A stretch of 63,956 bases of DNA, filler included, from Hyphochytrium catenoides (lineage: Eukaryota > Protista > Hyphochytriomycota), in the NCBI GenBank assembly GCA_900088475.1. It is 15 parts of 15 records of this genome, joined end to end, with 100 filler letters (N's around TTAATTAATTAA, not from the genome) between each part and the next. Parts side by side here need not be neighbours in the genome. Positions count along the whole stretch, not along the records: positions 10,217 to 15,672 come from FLMG01000432.1; positions 15,773 to 31,851 come from FLMG01003111.1; 13 more parts are not named here. One strand, 5' to 3'. The notes beneath the pieces were generated by a model. That model saw nothing but the letters and a program-made list of their open reading frames with translations. It did no database searches and was not told where the DNA came from. Below, piece after piece: positions 12,967-25,200 of the stretch. The position numbers and the translations under genes were made by a program. Numbering within the stretch: position 1 is the stretch's first letter; every line of letters starts with the position of its first letter.

Positions 12967-14390
12967 TTAAAGAACCTTACAATTAATCCGTTCATAGTTG
13001 AACTCTCTCTTTTCTTGCAACATTATGGCTAGGACGAACAAGGTTAAGGTCTTCAATGATAAAATTGGCCTATAAGTGCACCTAACGTCCTCGGGCCCTA
13101 CATGATCTGTCGGGTCTAGCCTGAGTCGTTCAGATATGCAAAAGTTGTGCAGGCGCATGCAGGAGGCGTGGACTATGAGTGGAGCAGTATACAGCCGACA
13201 TTCAAGTGGCTTCTTGACTATCCTCCATTTTGTCACCAGATACCCGAAGGCTTGTTCAATCTTGATTCGTAACTGAGAGAGATAAAAGTTATAGCTGTCA
13301 TTCTTTCTGTGGCCCTTCTGTTGTGAACCTTGGAACGGGGTCAAGAAAGGCTCACTGCAAATGTAAGCGTTATCCCCTATCAGATATACCCGTCTGGCAG
13401 CTTCTCAATCCGCTCAGGGAGTGTAGTAAGTCTGTACGCCGTCAAGTCATTGGTGGAGCCAGGGCACTCCATTGAGACGAAGGTGAATCGACTTTCGGCG
13501 TCGCAAATAGCCTGCACGTTGAGTCCATAACATGAGTAGTGACCAGAATAATAGTACTTTGTAACGTTCGGTGTTTCCTCATCAGCGCTTGGCACTTTTA
13601 TCTGGCATAGCCAACCGTCAATACAGCCAACACAGCCGTTAAAAACGTTGGAACTACTGTACGCTGCGAAGCTCTCACACATGTTGTCCAGTTCCCACTC
13701 GGACGAAGGAAAACGTATCTCCGGAGATTCATCCTCAACGATAGCGGTCATTACCGCATGTGTGCACCGATAGAAGGAAGGAATGCTGACTCCAAAATGG
13801 TCTGAGATGTCATGAACGGAGCCTCCACCAAGGTATCTTAGAGTCATGCCAAGCATTAGCTCCGGTGTGATTGGCGACTGTCTTGTCCTAACCCAGGACA
13901 TGTGGCTGTCTACCGTGATCTTCTCTCGCACTTTATCCAGAAGGATGGTGAACGATTGTAGCTGCATGCGAAACTTTTTCGCAAACTTGCCCCGTAGCTC
14001 CAAGCTCTGAACATGAGACTCCCAATGGAGTCTCATTACGGGGTCTTCTAAATGAGTTTGTCTTCTGCTGGAGAGCGATAGCAGGGTGATGTTCATAGCA
14101 GTTGCAGCTGCAATGGTGGCCAGTGCAATACAGTTGTCTCGATGCAGTGTTGCAGCATACATTGCTTCTTGAGCTGTTGATCTTTCTTGATTGGCGATAG
14201 CACAGTACATAAGCAGCTCGTCCTCCAGAAGATCGTCTTCTTCGTCTTCTCCTTCTGACAACGATGAGTAGTAGCCATCGTTATCACCAACCCTGCTATT
14301 ATCATCACTACGAGTAGCACTATTGTCAGTAGCATTACAGTTCCTACTGTTACCCACCGCCGCCACCTCCTCCTGATAATGATCGACCAT
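12967..14390 (-). pseudogene. Harbinger (HARBI1-like, DDE_Tnp_4) transposase, frameshifted
   Basis: FRM motif, HTH (TLRYLGGGSVHDISDHFGVS), GCVGCIDG, LNVQAICD, PGSTND. A 1-nt frameshift at ~13385 restores LIGDNAY...YNFYLSQLRIKIEQAFGYLVTKWRI. All three catalytic D/D/E residues are present. Confidence 0.92.
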
Positions 14391-14906
14391 CAGGATCGAT
14401 TTATGTCGCTGCTTCTCCTTTACTAATTCTTGCTTCTTCTTGTGATCTGCTGATAATCTTCTGCCGCCTCCTGGTGCTACTCCAGCTGGGTTGATGGTGG
14501 TTAGATGATCTGTGAAGTAGTAGCTACTAAGGCTGACAGTATTGCTCTATTCTCATCGAGGAGAAGAAGGAGAAGGTCGATAATGATTGAAGTCTTCTTC
14601 GCCGATGGATTATCATAATTGCTACTAGGAAATACATCCCAGCGGCATTTCTTCTCTTCGGCGAAGATCTCACAAAGTGCAAGTCACCAAAACATGAGGT
14701 TATCACATTCAAATTAGATCCTTTGATTAATCAGATGCTGAATAAAGTATACAAAACCTCATAGAAAGATTGACCCTTCCTGTACTGGTTTTCTGTACTG
14801 GTCTGACACCAGTATACTGATCCGTTCTGGTGGAGCCATACTGGTAGCCCCGGTACTTACGTTGGCGGTAATTTTCATCTTTTACCGGCTAAATCGGTAC
14901 TGGTCT

Positions 14907-14936
14907 GGTCTGAAGGGCTCTCGATAAGAACGCCCC
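14907..14936 (-). repeat. Right TIR of Harbinger element
   Basis: Reverse complement of 11044-11073, followed by TAA. Confidence 0.95.
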
Positions 14937-15507
14937 TAAGTGAGCGAGTGAGTGAGTGAGTGATGAGTGAGTGAGTGAGTCTCAACTCTTGACTGCAGGA
15001 GTCGCGTGACATGTCACCTCCACCCTCAGCTCCTACAGCTAAAAATACAGGATTGTAGGTGATGCGTCTCCGGTAAAATGAGGGTACAACATTCGCGTGG
15101 ACGCACGCGATGTGTCTCGGTTTATGGTGATACGTCTCGCGTTACAAATTCGAGTTATGTTCATAAAGGCCCTTTCGCTTCTTCTCTGACCCGTTTCATA
15201 TCGCCAAGGTACACAAAGAGCCAACCCAAAGAAAAAGCCCAAACAGTGATTAGTGAAAAAATTAAATAGTGAAATTTTGATCACAAACACACAGACAGAC
15301 ACACAGACAACACGATAAAGTCCATTTGTGCTGAAGCCCCTGTGGGTTGAATTTGAGGCTCGCCCTTCGGGCTCGCAATGATTGAGATTTCTCTGAATGA
15401 TATGCTGGGTCCTGGGAGTCTGGTCTCGAGATCTTTGCTCGGCCCAGCTTCCCTCATCATCTCTCTCTCCTCTGCTGTTCCTGTGTTCTTCTGGAAATTC
15501 TTCTCAC

Positions 15508-15672
15508 TGTTATAATGTATGGGATTTGAAGACACTCTTATTTAGGTTATGTGGTCTACTGATATGCTCGAAGTGAGCATGAAGCTTATGGGACCCTGTT
15601 TCCTATATTATCACGCTGTCTAGTTGTTCTGGAGAGTAACTGTGTCTCGTATAAACTACTAGACCCAGTTAC
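15508..15672 (+). repeat. Dispersed repeat family A (probable LTR 5' end), copy 1, truncated by gap
   Basis: Begins TGTTATAATGTATGGGATTTGAAGACAC; closely similar to 34847-35015 and 36209-36258. Confidence 0.8.
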
Positions 15673-15772
15673 NNNNNNNNNNNNNNNNNNNNNNNNNNNN
15701 NNNNNNNNNNNNNNNNTTAATTAATTAANNNNNNNNNNNNNNNNNNNNNNNNNNNNNNNNNNNNNNNNNNNN

Positions 15773-15812
15773 GTTACACTCACTGGCCAAGCGTCTACAG
15801 GGTATACCTTAT

Positions 15813-15846
<34 letters not shown>

Positions 15847-16261
15847 ATCTCCTACGGCTTTTTTCAATCTTTCTCTGTTATCAGTCTCTTCATTTTTGTC
15901 TATTTTTCTTCTCTTCTTTCTCCCTTTTGTCTCCGTCAAGCCTTTCTCCCTCCCTATCCCTGGTCTCTCTCTACATAATTGTATATATACGATCGTCGCT
16001 TGCGTTGCTTTCGGGTAACCTCTTTCATTCTTTCTCTTTTCCTCTCTCTCTCTCTCTTTGTGTCTCATCTCGACGTTTCTCTCTCTCCACTTCCGCCAAT
16101 TCTCTTCTTTTCTACGTAGATGTGTCTCTGTGGGGTTCGTCCCTGAAGACTATCCCATGAATGGCAGACAAGTCGGTTGGGATGTGGGGTCAATAGGTAG
16201 GGACGAGAGAGAGAGAGAGAGAGAGAAAGACAGACAGGCATACAGACAGACAGACAGAGAA

Positions 16262-16295
<34 letters not shown>

Positions 16296-16759
16296 GCAAA
16301 GAGTCAGGTTGGAGAAAGAAGCGGAGCGTGGGGCAGAGAGAGAAAGAGAGAAGAAGGGGGAGACAGAGATAATGACAGAGAGAGAGAGAGAGAGAGAGTT
16401 TAACGCGTTTGTTTGTCATAGGTTATCACAGTGATGATGGCTGCTTGTTTTATGGAACTGCAGCTCGAGGTATTCCCTTTGGCTCACGATTTAATGCTGG
16501 AGACACAGTGAGTCCTTCTTGTCTCTGCGTACTCTCTCTAGCGCTTCTCCTTCTTTTCCTCTCTTCTGCTCCTTCTCTCTCTCTCTCTCTTTCTTTTCTC
16601 TCCCTCTCTTTCTTCCTTTTTCTCCCTTTCTCTACTCTAAGGGCCTCTCTTCTTCCACGATTGTACTGGGAGGGTACAAGGATGGGTCCCCAATCTTCTC
16701 TCTTTGCCTCTCTCTCGCTTCTGAAATTTTAGGATGTACCACCAACATCTCCGTCTCAT

Positions 16760-16822
<63 letters not shown>

Positions 16823-17848
16823 TGGATCTTTCTCCCGGGACTCTCTGTCTCACCTCCTTTGCTCCACCCTTTCCAATGTAATCAAGGTTTTGTCTGCGCC
16901 TGCATTTAATATTTTCTTTTCTGTCCCTCTCTCTCTTTCTCTCTCATGTTCTCTCGCCCCCTCCCTGAATGACTCCTGCTTTTCATACTGTTCACATTCT
17001 CCCTTTTTTTGGCCTTACACTCCACATTCTCTCTCTTCTTGTCCTCGTGTCTCTCTCTCCCTCTTGTTTACTTGGAGAAAAGGTGGCCGCCGTCTCTGTC
17101 TGCCTACTTTTCAACACACTCTCTCTCGTTTTGTCCATCCTTCTTAGATATGGCTGCCTCTCCGTTGGATTACCTTCTCTCCCTCTTTATATTCTCTCCT
17201 CTCTTGCTGTGTCTCTTTTCAACCCCCTTTCTCTCTATCTTTTTCTCTTCCCCCCACACTTGCTCTTCGTCTTCCTTTCTCTCCTCTTCTCTCTTTTCTC
17301 TCTCTCGGTATCTACCTTTATACAATAGTCTTTCCTTTCTCCTCTGTATTTCCTCCCTGGCCTCCTTATCTCTCTCGCTGTCTCTCTTTCCATCACACAG
17401 TCTCTCTCTCTCTCTCACCTTCTCTCTTACGTCTTAGGAGTCTTTGGATGTGGATGATGAGAGTGACGCAGAGACAGGAATTCTCTCTTGGAGAGTCCCT
17501 CGTCGAACCCGAAGATCCTCTCTCCCTCTCAGTTTTTTGGTCATGAGGGGGATTGAAGACGAGAGAGAGAGACATCGACAAGAGAGAGACGAACTGGACG
17601 AAGAGAGAGACTCCGCAGACACAGATGACTCTTTCTCTTCATTAGAGGACGACGAAGAAGAAGAAGATGAGGAGGATGAAGAGTTTGGAGTAGGAGAGAG
17701 ACAGCAATTTGTCAATGCGTTGGCAGCTCTCTTCCCTCCCGGCGGGAGAGACAGAGACAGAGACATAGCGGAAGTCTTTCTCCGCCACTACTTGGAAGCA
17801 CAACAGGAGTCAGCGGAAGACTCTGAAGTGGAAGAAGAGTCAGAATAA
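15773..17848 (+). CDS. SPRY-domain protein (RanBP9/SPRYD3-like), partial, with acidic C-terminal exon
   Basis: Exons 16120-16196 and 16422-16507 join as CVSVGFVPEDYPMNGRQVGWDVGSIGYHSDDGCLFYG...FGSRFNAGDT, the SPRY GW..S.GYH.DDG motif. The link to the acidic exon ~17438-17848 is not fully resolved. Confidence 0.7.
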
Positions 17849-18043
17849 GAGGGTTAAAAGTGAGAGAGGGAGAGAGAGAGAGTGAAGAGAGAGCAAAAGA
17901 GAGTAGCGGATGAATCAAAGGGAAAGGCAGGGTAAGCGCGAGAAAGGAAGAACGGAGAAGAAAGGCACTCTGACGATACAAAGATATATATATGTAAATA
18001 GACAAAGCTACGGAAGGCCAAGAGAAAGAGAGAGGGAGACGGT

Positions 18044-18085
<42 letters not shown>

Positions 18086-19546
18086 CTTTTGTGTGCCTAG
18101 TCGTATACATGTGACATAGGGAGAGAGAAAGAGAGAGGAAGCCTGTAAGAGACACTGCACTCTCCTGCCCGTATCCCTTTCTGTTGTACAGGTTAACTTA
18201 CGTTTACCATTCTTTCTCTCCCTTTAGCTTAGATCTCCTCTCTTCTGATGAGTCCTCTCTCTCTCTCTCTCTCTCCCTCTTTGGTACGTTAATTCTTCCA
18301 TGACTCAAAAGCAAGTAGTTCTAAGATAATGAAGCAACAGGATAGATGGCGAGAGGGTCAGAGCTGGAGAGACAAAGGGAAATGAGAGAGAGAGGCAAGA
18401 AAGGAAAACGAAAGAGAGACAAAGGCCCAAAAGGTAGTGATCGGCGGGAATAAGTTTGAGGACCTTGTCTTGCCTATTGAGCTTGATTATCTATCACAAT
18501 GAGAAGGCGAAAGACCTATTCTTCGTCTTTAGCTGCCGCAATAATGGACTCTCTCTCTCTCTCTCGTTTCCTCTTGTACTCCCCTTTTCACCCCTCTCTG
18601 TCCTTATCTCCACCATTCTCTCTCTCTCTCTGTCTCTCTCTCTCTCCCCCCTCCCCCACCCTTCCTTTCTTTCTCTTTCTTCGGTCTCTCTCTCTCTCCC
18701 TCCCTCTCTCTTTCTCTCTCTCTCTCTCTCTTTCTCTGTCTCTCACTCTCATCGTTCCTCTCCTACTCAGTACCCTACACAGATCTGTAGTAGTAGAAGA
18801 AGGAGGACGAAAGGTCAGCACTTGATTGAACCCCAGGATCTTTTTGATGTCAGTGCACTTCAACGTCATTCCTGCTTGTTTCTCCCTTGAGATAGTAATC
18901 TTCAGCAACTACCAAAGAGAGAAAGAGAGAGACAGAGAGAAAGTGAGAGAGAGAAAACGAAAGAGAGAATCCTCAATAATAATAAGAACAATCCACTTTT
19001 GACAATGAGAGAGAGAGAGAGAGAAGGAGAGAGAGCAAGGGCAGAGGAGATGGAGAAACTAGAGGAAGGGGGAAAGGAGGAAGAGGTCAAAGAATTATCC
19101 TGTGTACAAGAACCGATAGAGAAAGATAAGATTCTAGGTCGCATTGTAGCAGCTAAGCTGAAATGNNNNNNNNNNNNNNNNNNNNNNNNNNNNNNNNNNN
19201 NNNNNNNNNNNNNNNNNNNNNNNNNNNNNNNNNNNNNNNNNNNNNNNNNNNNNNNNNNNNNNNNNNNNNNNNNNNNNATCAGTCTTCAGAATTGGACAAA
19301 GCAGGTTGGATCGCGCCCCCATCATCTTCAAAAAGCGAGAGTGGTCAGAAGCCAAAGGAGAGAGGAGTCCAGGGAGGAGAGAGGGGGATGCACCTCAAGA
19401 GAGAGAGTGAGGGAGAGAGACAAAAAGTGAGGGGGAGAGACGATTGCGGAAAGAGAGAGAGGGAGAGATGCCCAGAGAATCACATAGCGCGCAAGTGATG
19501 AGGGCGACAGAGAAAGAGAGAGAGAGTGTGTGGTGTGACAGAGAAA

Positions 19547-19588
<42 letters not shown>

Positions 19589-21269
19589 GAGAGAGTGACG
19601 AAGAAGATCAGGTCGGACTCTAACATGCACCAAACGAAAGGTCACCTAACGCTAATCCTGAAGCTTCGGGTTCTAACCCGAATATAAAGAAACAATGCCG
19701 AAGAAATGGTCCCACTCACACGCACTCTACCGAAGTTAATAAACTCGTGTCAATTATGGGAGAGTTGGATCATATTCTCCTCCGAAGTTCACCGTAATTG
19801 TTTGGTCAAAAGAATCTTTCTGCCAAACTGGCTTTCGTTGCTTCCTTATTACGAATAAATAGGCTTGTTTGCTTGCTCTATACCCAGGAATATGAGGTAG
19901 TATTCCCAATGAAGACAGGCTCATTCAAAAATGGCAATTTAGGCAAGCTTGGACCTGTCCAATCATTCAAGAGCCAGTTGGCACCTCAGCATCATCGTCA
20001 CATTTATAAAGCCTCACCTTTGGCTGGAAGGAACAAATACAAAAGCCACGATATATCTAGAATAGAATAAGCCACTACAAGGTATATTTGTTATAACGTC
20101 TCCCTGTATGTGAGACCTTTGAAGAAGTTGTGGTCGGATTGTGTTTCTGTCTACTTCCTTCATGCTCGTTCGTTGTTCGAAAGGCCTCCGTACAACCAGT
20201 CTCAATCAAGCCCCTAATACTATGACAGAGGTAAAGAGATCGCTCTAAAGCAGGAGGCAAGCAGCCGAAAGAGCCAGACAAGAGAGAGACACAGAAGAAA
20301 GTTGGTTGGTGGGCCAAATAAGGCGGGATTGGAAGAGAGGGAAGAGCTTTCCTTTCCTCGTCAATGTCCTCCCAACGTAACAGCGGCCTTTCTACCCACC
20401 CTGCTCGTTCTGGTGCAAGCCGTCAGCTACCTGAGGACGGACTGAGACGCGCTGTGACGCGAGCAAGCAAGAGTATCTCTCAAGCCTTATTTTCTATCTC
20501 TGACACAGTGGAAGACTGAAGACGAGCCATAGAGGATGGAGGGGTGGAGCAACGACCCGTTCCTCCGCCACCCCCCTTTTATTAGTAAGAGAGATATGTC
20601 TGAAAATACCTATTAATTAACCGCCTGCCCACAGCCTTTGGAAGTATGTGAGACAGGCGGTTGGGTTCTGATTCTCCTAGAAAAGTTCCATGAGCCTTGA
20701 TATCCTCTTAGGAGATGCTAACGCTCTTCTCAATCCTTAACCGCTACCTACAGTTAACAACAAAGGCAAGGGGCCAACCGAGTCTTAAGAGGAAGATTAC
20801 GCATAGATACATTGGAATAGTGATTAAACTATAGATGGAAACGATATAGAGTAGAAACTAGATATAGAGGACAGCTATTGGCAGAAGAAACTTTGAAGTG
20901 AGGATGGGGTTCCAACCTTCCCAAAATTTTATGGTCAGACCTTAGCGTGTTCTAGGCGGAACCATCAAAGAGAGACAGAGAGGGAGGAGTGATAGACAGA
21001 GCAGCCCGTATATTTGATTTAATAATAGGAATGTTGAAAGGAGAAAAAGCGGGTTTGGTGAGAGAGACAGAGCGTACAGAATTTAGAACAAACGCAACGA
21101 GACAGAGGAACGTTTATAGTAAGGTAAACAATAGAAGAGCGAGAGAGAGAGAGAGAGAATAAGAAAGAATGGTGTAAGCAACCCGTCGCAGCCCTTCCTC
21201 TAATAAAAAGCATAAGCTCAGCGAGAGCCACAGAGCACCGTCTGGTGGGCGGTGCAGAGAGAGAGAGAC

Positions 21270-21305
<36 letters not shown>

Positions 21306-21306
21306 C

Positions 21307-21399
<93 letters not shown>

Positions 21400-21614
21400 T
21401 CCAAGCTCTCTACTCCATACATGAGACAGAGGAACGTTAAACAATCAAGACAGGGGAGAGAGAGAGTGCAAGAGAGAGAGAGGAGAGAGAGGGAGAGAAA
21501 GAGAGAGAGGGGAAGGGTGGAAGTGCATCTGAGTCGGGCCTGTTATGTGCAGGAACTTGCTTCAACGCCAACGCTAAATGGGGAGATATAAGGGAAAAGA
21601 GAGAGAGAGAGAGG

Positions 21615-21645
<31 letters not shown>

Positions 21646-21884
21646 AGAGAGAGGGAAAGAGAGAGAGAGAGGACAAGGAAGCATAGACTACTACGCTCAC
21701 GAGACAGAGTTAGCCGATGGGAAAGAGAGACGGTCTCACAGGTAAGAACCAAGACGGAAAAAAGAACCACGCCACACCTCTAGCAGACCAAGACAGAGTA
21801 AACGGGTTCTTTCCTATAAACAGTAGCGGAAGTGAGGCGGGCAGAGAGAGAGAGAGAGAGTNNNNNNNNNNNNNNNNNNNNNNN

Positions 21885-21926
<42 letters not shown>

Positions 21927-22201
21927 CAACTCTCCCGCATCCTCATCATAGTCTTGGTCCATCTAATCTTCGAGGCGCTTGCCTCTGTTGACTTCCAGTC
22001 GCCCAATTTCAGAGCTTCATTATTTCTCTTCTGCGCTGTCTCCGTTGTTTTTCTAAAATAGAGATTTCCCTGGGAGAGAGAGAGAAATCAGCGGAAAGAA
22101 AGGTTTCTGCGGAAATAAGCAGGTGAAGCTCTGAAGATTTTGGGAGAGAGAGAGAGAGAGACCGCCCCGGGCGCGGTGTTGACGAGGTTTTGACTGGCAT
22201 T

Positions 22202-25200
22202 ATGGCCATAGAACCGACGAATGTTGTGGGCGTGACCGAACAGTGGAATGCCTCACAGCAAGGCGATATGATTTCCGCCGGGGCTGCCGATGAAGGCAGC
22301 ATTGCGATCAGCGGGCAGGAGTGCCCAACTTGTGGGACTCGCTCCGCTGTCGATGACATTCTTTGCCTGCATTGTGGCGAGCAGTTGGCTGGCAATCAGG
22401 AGATGAAAGGCACCGCAGACGCCACGGACGGTCTTCAGGATCTCAGTCTTGAGAACGGCCGCAAACCAGCCGATGACGAGTCTTCATTGCAAGATACCAT
22501 GTCTCCGTCTGCGAGTGAGGACGTTGTAGCCGCCACCAGAAGCGCCAGATCTCAGCCAAGCAGCCACGGAAGCTTCACGGAGTCTCTGCTTCGGACTCAA
22601 TCTCAGCGGAGCCGCGATGAGCCATTCGCAGGCCTCGATAGGCTATGGCTTCCCAATGAAGCTACGGAGATTTGTCTGGGCTGCAGCACCCAGTTCGGCG
22701 TGAACAAGCGGAAGCATCACTGCCGCGTCTGCGGTCTCATCTTCTGCTCTGCTTGCGTGGCGAAGAAGATCAAGCTTCCTGAGTCTTTCGGCTATGGCTC
22801 CGCGCAGCAGAGATCTTGCGAGACCTGCGTCCGGAAGCTTCAGGACGGGATCATCCGCTCACCTGCCGATGTTTTCGCCCTGAGAAGAGGCGGCGTCAAG
22901 CGCCAGAATACCTCCAATCTCAACCCGTCTCAGTCCTTTGTCCACCAAGTGATGGAGCAGATTGCCTATGCCTCTTCCTCAGACTTTGTGGACCATTACG
23001 CCGTTCTCGGCGTCAAGCAGGACGCCTCAATGGCAGAGNNNNNNNNNNNNNNNNNNNNNNNNNNNNNNNNNNNNNNNNNNNNNCAACGTTCTCAGAGATC
23101 CAGAGGCGCGGATGCGTTTTGATGCAGAGCTTGAGCAGATCCGCATCCAGGCGATGAAGAAGCTGCGTGAAGATGCTGGGGACGTTGTGAAGACTAAGCC
23201 AATGTCCAAGGATTGCCAGGTCTGCTTCCGTCCGTTCAACACCTTCAGAAGACGGCACCATTGTCGCCGTTGTGGCAGCTCCGTCTGTGACCCTTGCTCT
23301 CCAGAGAAGCGTACCATCCCGGAGTTTGGCGTGAACAAGCCCCAGAGAGTCTGCAAGACCTGCATTTCTGCGCCGCCGAAGCTCAAGAAGATGATCATCC
23401 ACATCACGGCGCTTCCTCTACAAGGCTATGAGTACCTCCAGACCCTAGAGCTCAAGAGCACGGTCTTCCTGACCAACACACCTGATGTCTTCACATTGAC
23501 AACGGGCTTTGAGGCGGCTTCTCAGAAGTTCACGGTGACGGAGAAAGAGGCAGAGATTCTGAAGACCTATAACATTGAGGTTAAGAGGCAATTGAGAGAC
23601 TTTGAGTGGGTTCATAGGAAGCTCTCTAAGACGTTGCCGATGAACTCTCTCCCTCCTCTCCCGGGCAAGCTCTCCATCCGCAACCTCAACCAGTACAGCG
23701 ACACAAGGGTGAACAAGAGAAATGAGAGCGAGCTGCAGGACAAGCTGAACAGCTATGTACGGGCCATCATGTGGCATCCTCTCCTCGCAGATCTCGACCC
23801 TGTCAAGGCGTTCTTGGGCTTTAGCAACTCTGACTGGCGTACCTACATGGAGCAGGACGGGAACTATGGACGCGACTATCTGGCGAACTTCAACACGCTG
23901 GAGAAGTGGCTCAGATTCCGCCTAGAGTACGAGCAAGTGCGCACCAGGATCCAGCTGGCCCAGAGGCGTGTGACTGCTGTGAATGTCCGCTTGACGGCGA
24001 ACGGCACGCGAGAGAGCCGCCAAGCCAGAAGGGCAAAGGAGCAGGTGGAGAGAGAGGAGGCGGTCACCAACGGTGCGAGCGTCGTAGAGGCCATCAAAGC
24101 CAAGCAGGCAGCGCGTATCGTGAGAGAGACAGAGCGCTTCCAGCGCCAGGATAACGCCTCCCAGATCCTCTTCATTGACAGAGAAGCCGATGATAAGGAG
24201 AGACAGCAGGAGCAGATTGATGTCCAAGAGAAGAAGGAAGAGTACGTCCACAGAAGGAACAACTGGCTCACGGAGATGGAAGAGTGGCAGGCCGACATGT
24301 CCTCCTGGACCCTGGCATGCTCTCAACGCACTGCGCAAGCCACACCGCGCGCGGGTCTGGCAGTCAATGACTGGCTTCTGAAGCACTCTTCTATGCCTTG
24401 GGCGGACATTGTGAATGACTGCTCTCAGCCTCAAGCTTTGCAGCTTATGCGCCAGACCATGGAGAGTTTGGAGGCAGAAGAGCCAGAGAAGCTCGTCAAC
24501 GAGCAGCAGCTCTCTGCAGCAGAATGGACTCGTCTTGTCGAAGAAGAGAACAGACTGAAGGCGCAGCGTGTGCACCTGGACACGGAGGAGAGACTCTGGA
24601 CGGAGTGGGACGTCGCTGCAGAGAGAGAGGCGGCCTTTATCGCTGCAGAGCAAGCCAGGAGGAAGGAGAAGGAGAATCAGATCGAGACTGATGTCGCTCG
24701 TATGGAGAGAGAGATTGAAGCGAGGAGAGAGAACCAGAAGAAGCGATGGGATCTCATCGACCTGCGCGAGAAGAAGCTTCTTGAGGGTGAGCAAGAGCTG
24801 CACAAGCGCTTGGAATCCTATCAGTCCCGTGAGAACAATCAGAACCGCCTTAACGACGAGATCTCTAAGAGAATCGCGCTGGAGCGCTCCCGCTTGGAAA
24901 GCCAGCAGAAAGAACAGAGGATCTTGCGCTTCATCCGCGATGCAGAGGACGAGGGCCGCATAAGAACCGAGGAACTACTGAAGAAGCATCGCTATGAGCT
25001 TGCAATGAACCAGTCAGACTTCGACCGCTATCGTAACACTTTGCCCGAGGGCCTGGACGCCACAGAGGTCGATCTGATGATTGAGGCCACGGAGATGCAG
25101 GAGGTAGAGCGAGGCAACCCGCGTACCGAGTGGGAAGACCCAGCCGATCGCTATGATGAGAGAGACAACTTCATGAACAACCTCAAGAGGAGAAGAAAGG

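Larger units (their letters stand above)
11044..14936. mobile_element. PIF/Harbinger DNA transposon, structurally complete, 3893 bp
   Basis: Perfect 30-bp TIRs GGGGCGTTCTTATCGAGAGCCCTTCAGACC (11044-11073; 14907-14936), TAA TSD (11041-11043; 14937-14939), and two convergent ORFs (DNA-binding protein and DDE transposase). Confidence 0.95.
10789..15375. mobile_element. Unclassified ~0.69-kb non-coding insertion with TTC-loop hairpin ends, interrupted by the Harbinger element
   Basis: Absent from the homologous LTR at 35.4 kb. Flanked by CAAT at 10785-10788 and 15376-15379. GGCTCGCCC occurs at both ends (10808-10816, 15357-15365). Confidence 0.5.
10691..15506 (-). mobile_element. Copia LTR family B copy split by nested insertions (pieces ~15506-15380 and ~10784-10691)
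   Basis: Reverse complements of the two pieces align consecutively with 35284-35506, e.g. GAGAAGAATTTCCAGAAGAACACAGG and TGCTCATACAGAAGCTTCAGGCATTG. That copy is followed by a PBS-like site and gag. Confidence 0.7.

Noticed and set aside
12301-13390. Programmed frameshift/readthrough or an alternative genetic code
   Set aside because: Lesions are scattered and of mixed type, and host genes end in standard TAA, TAG or TGA. Decay or sequencing error is simpler.
22962-23122. Apparent frameshift or two genes in the FYVE/DnaJ locus
   Set aside because: The frame switch lies in an N gap of estimated length, and both halves of one J-domain flank it.
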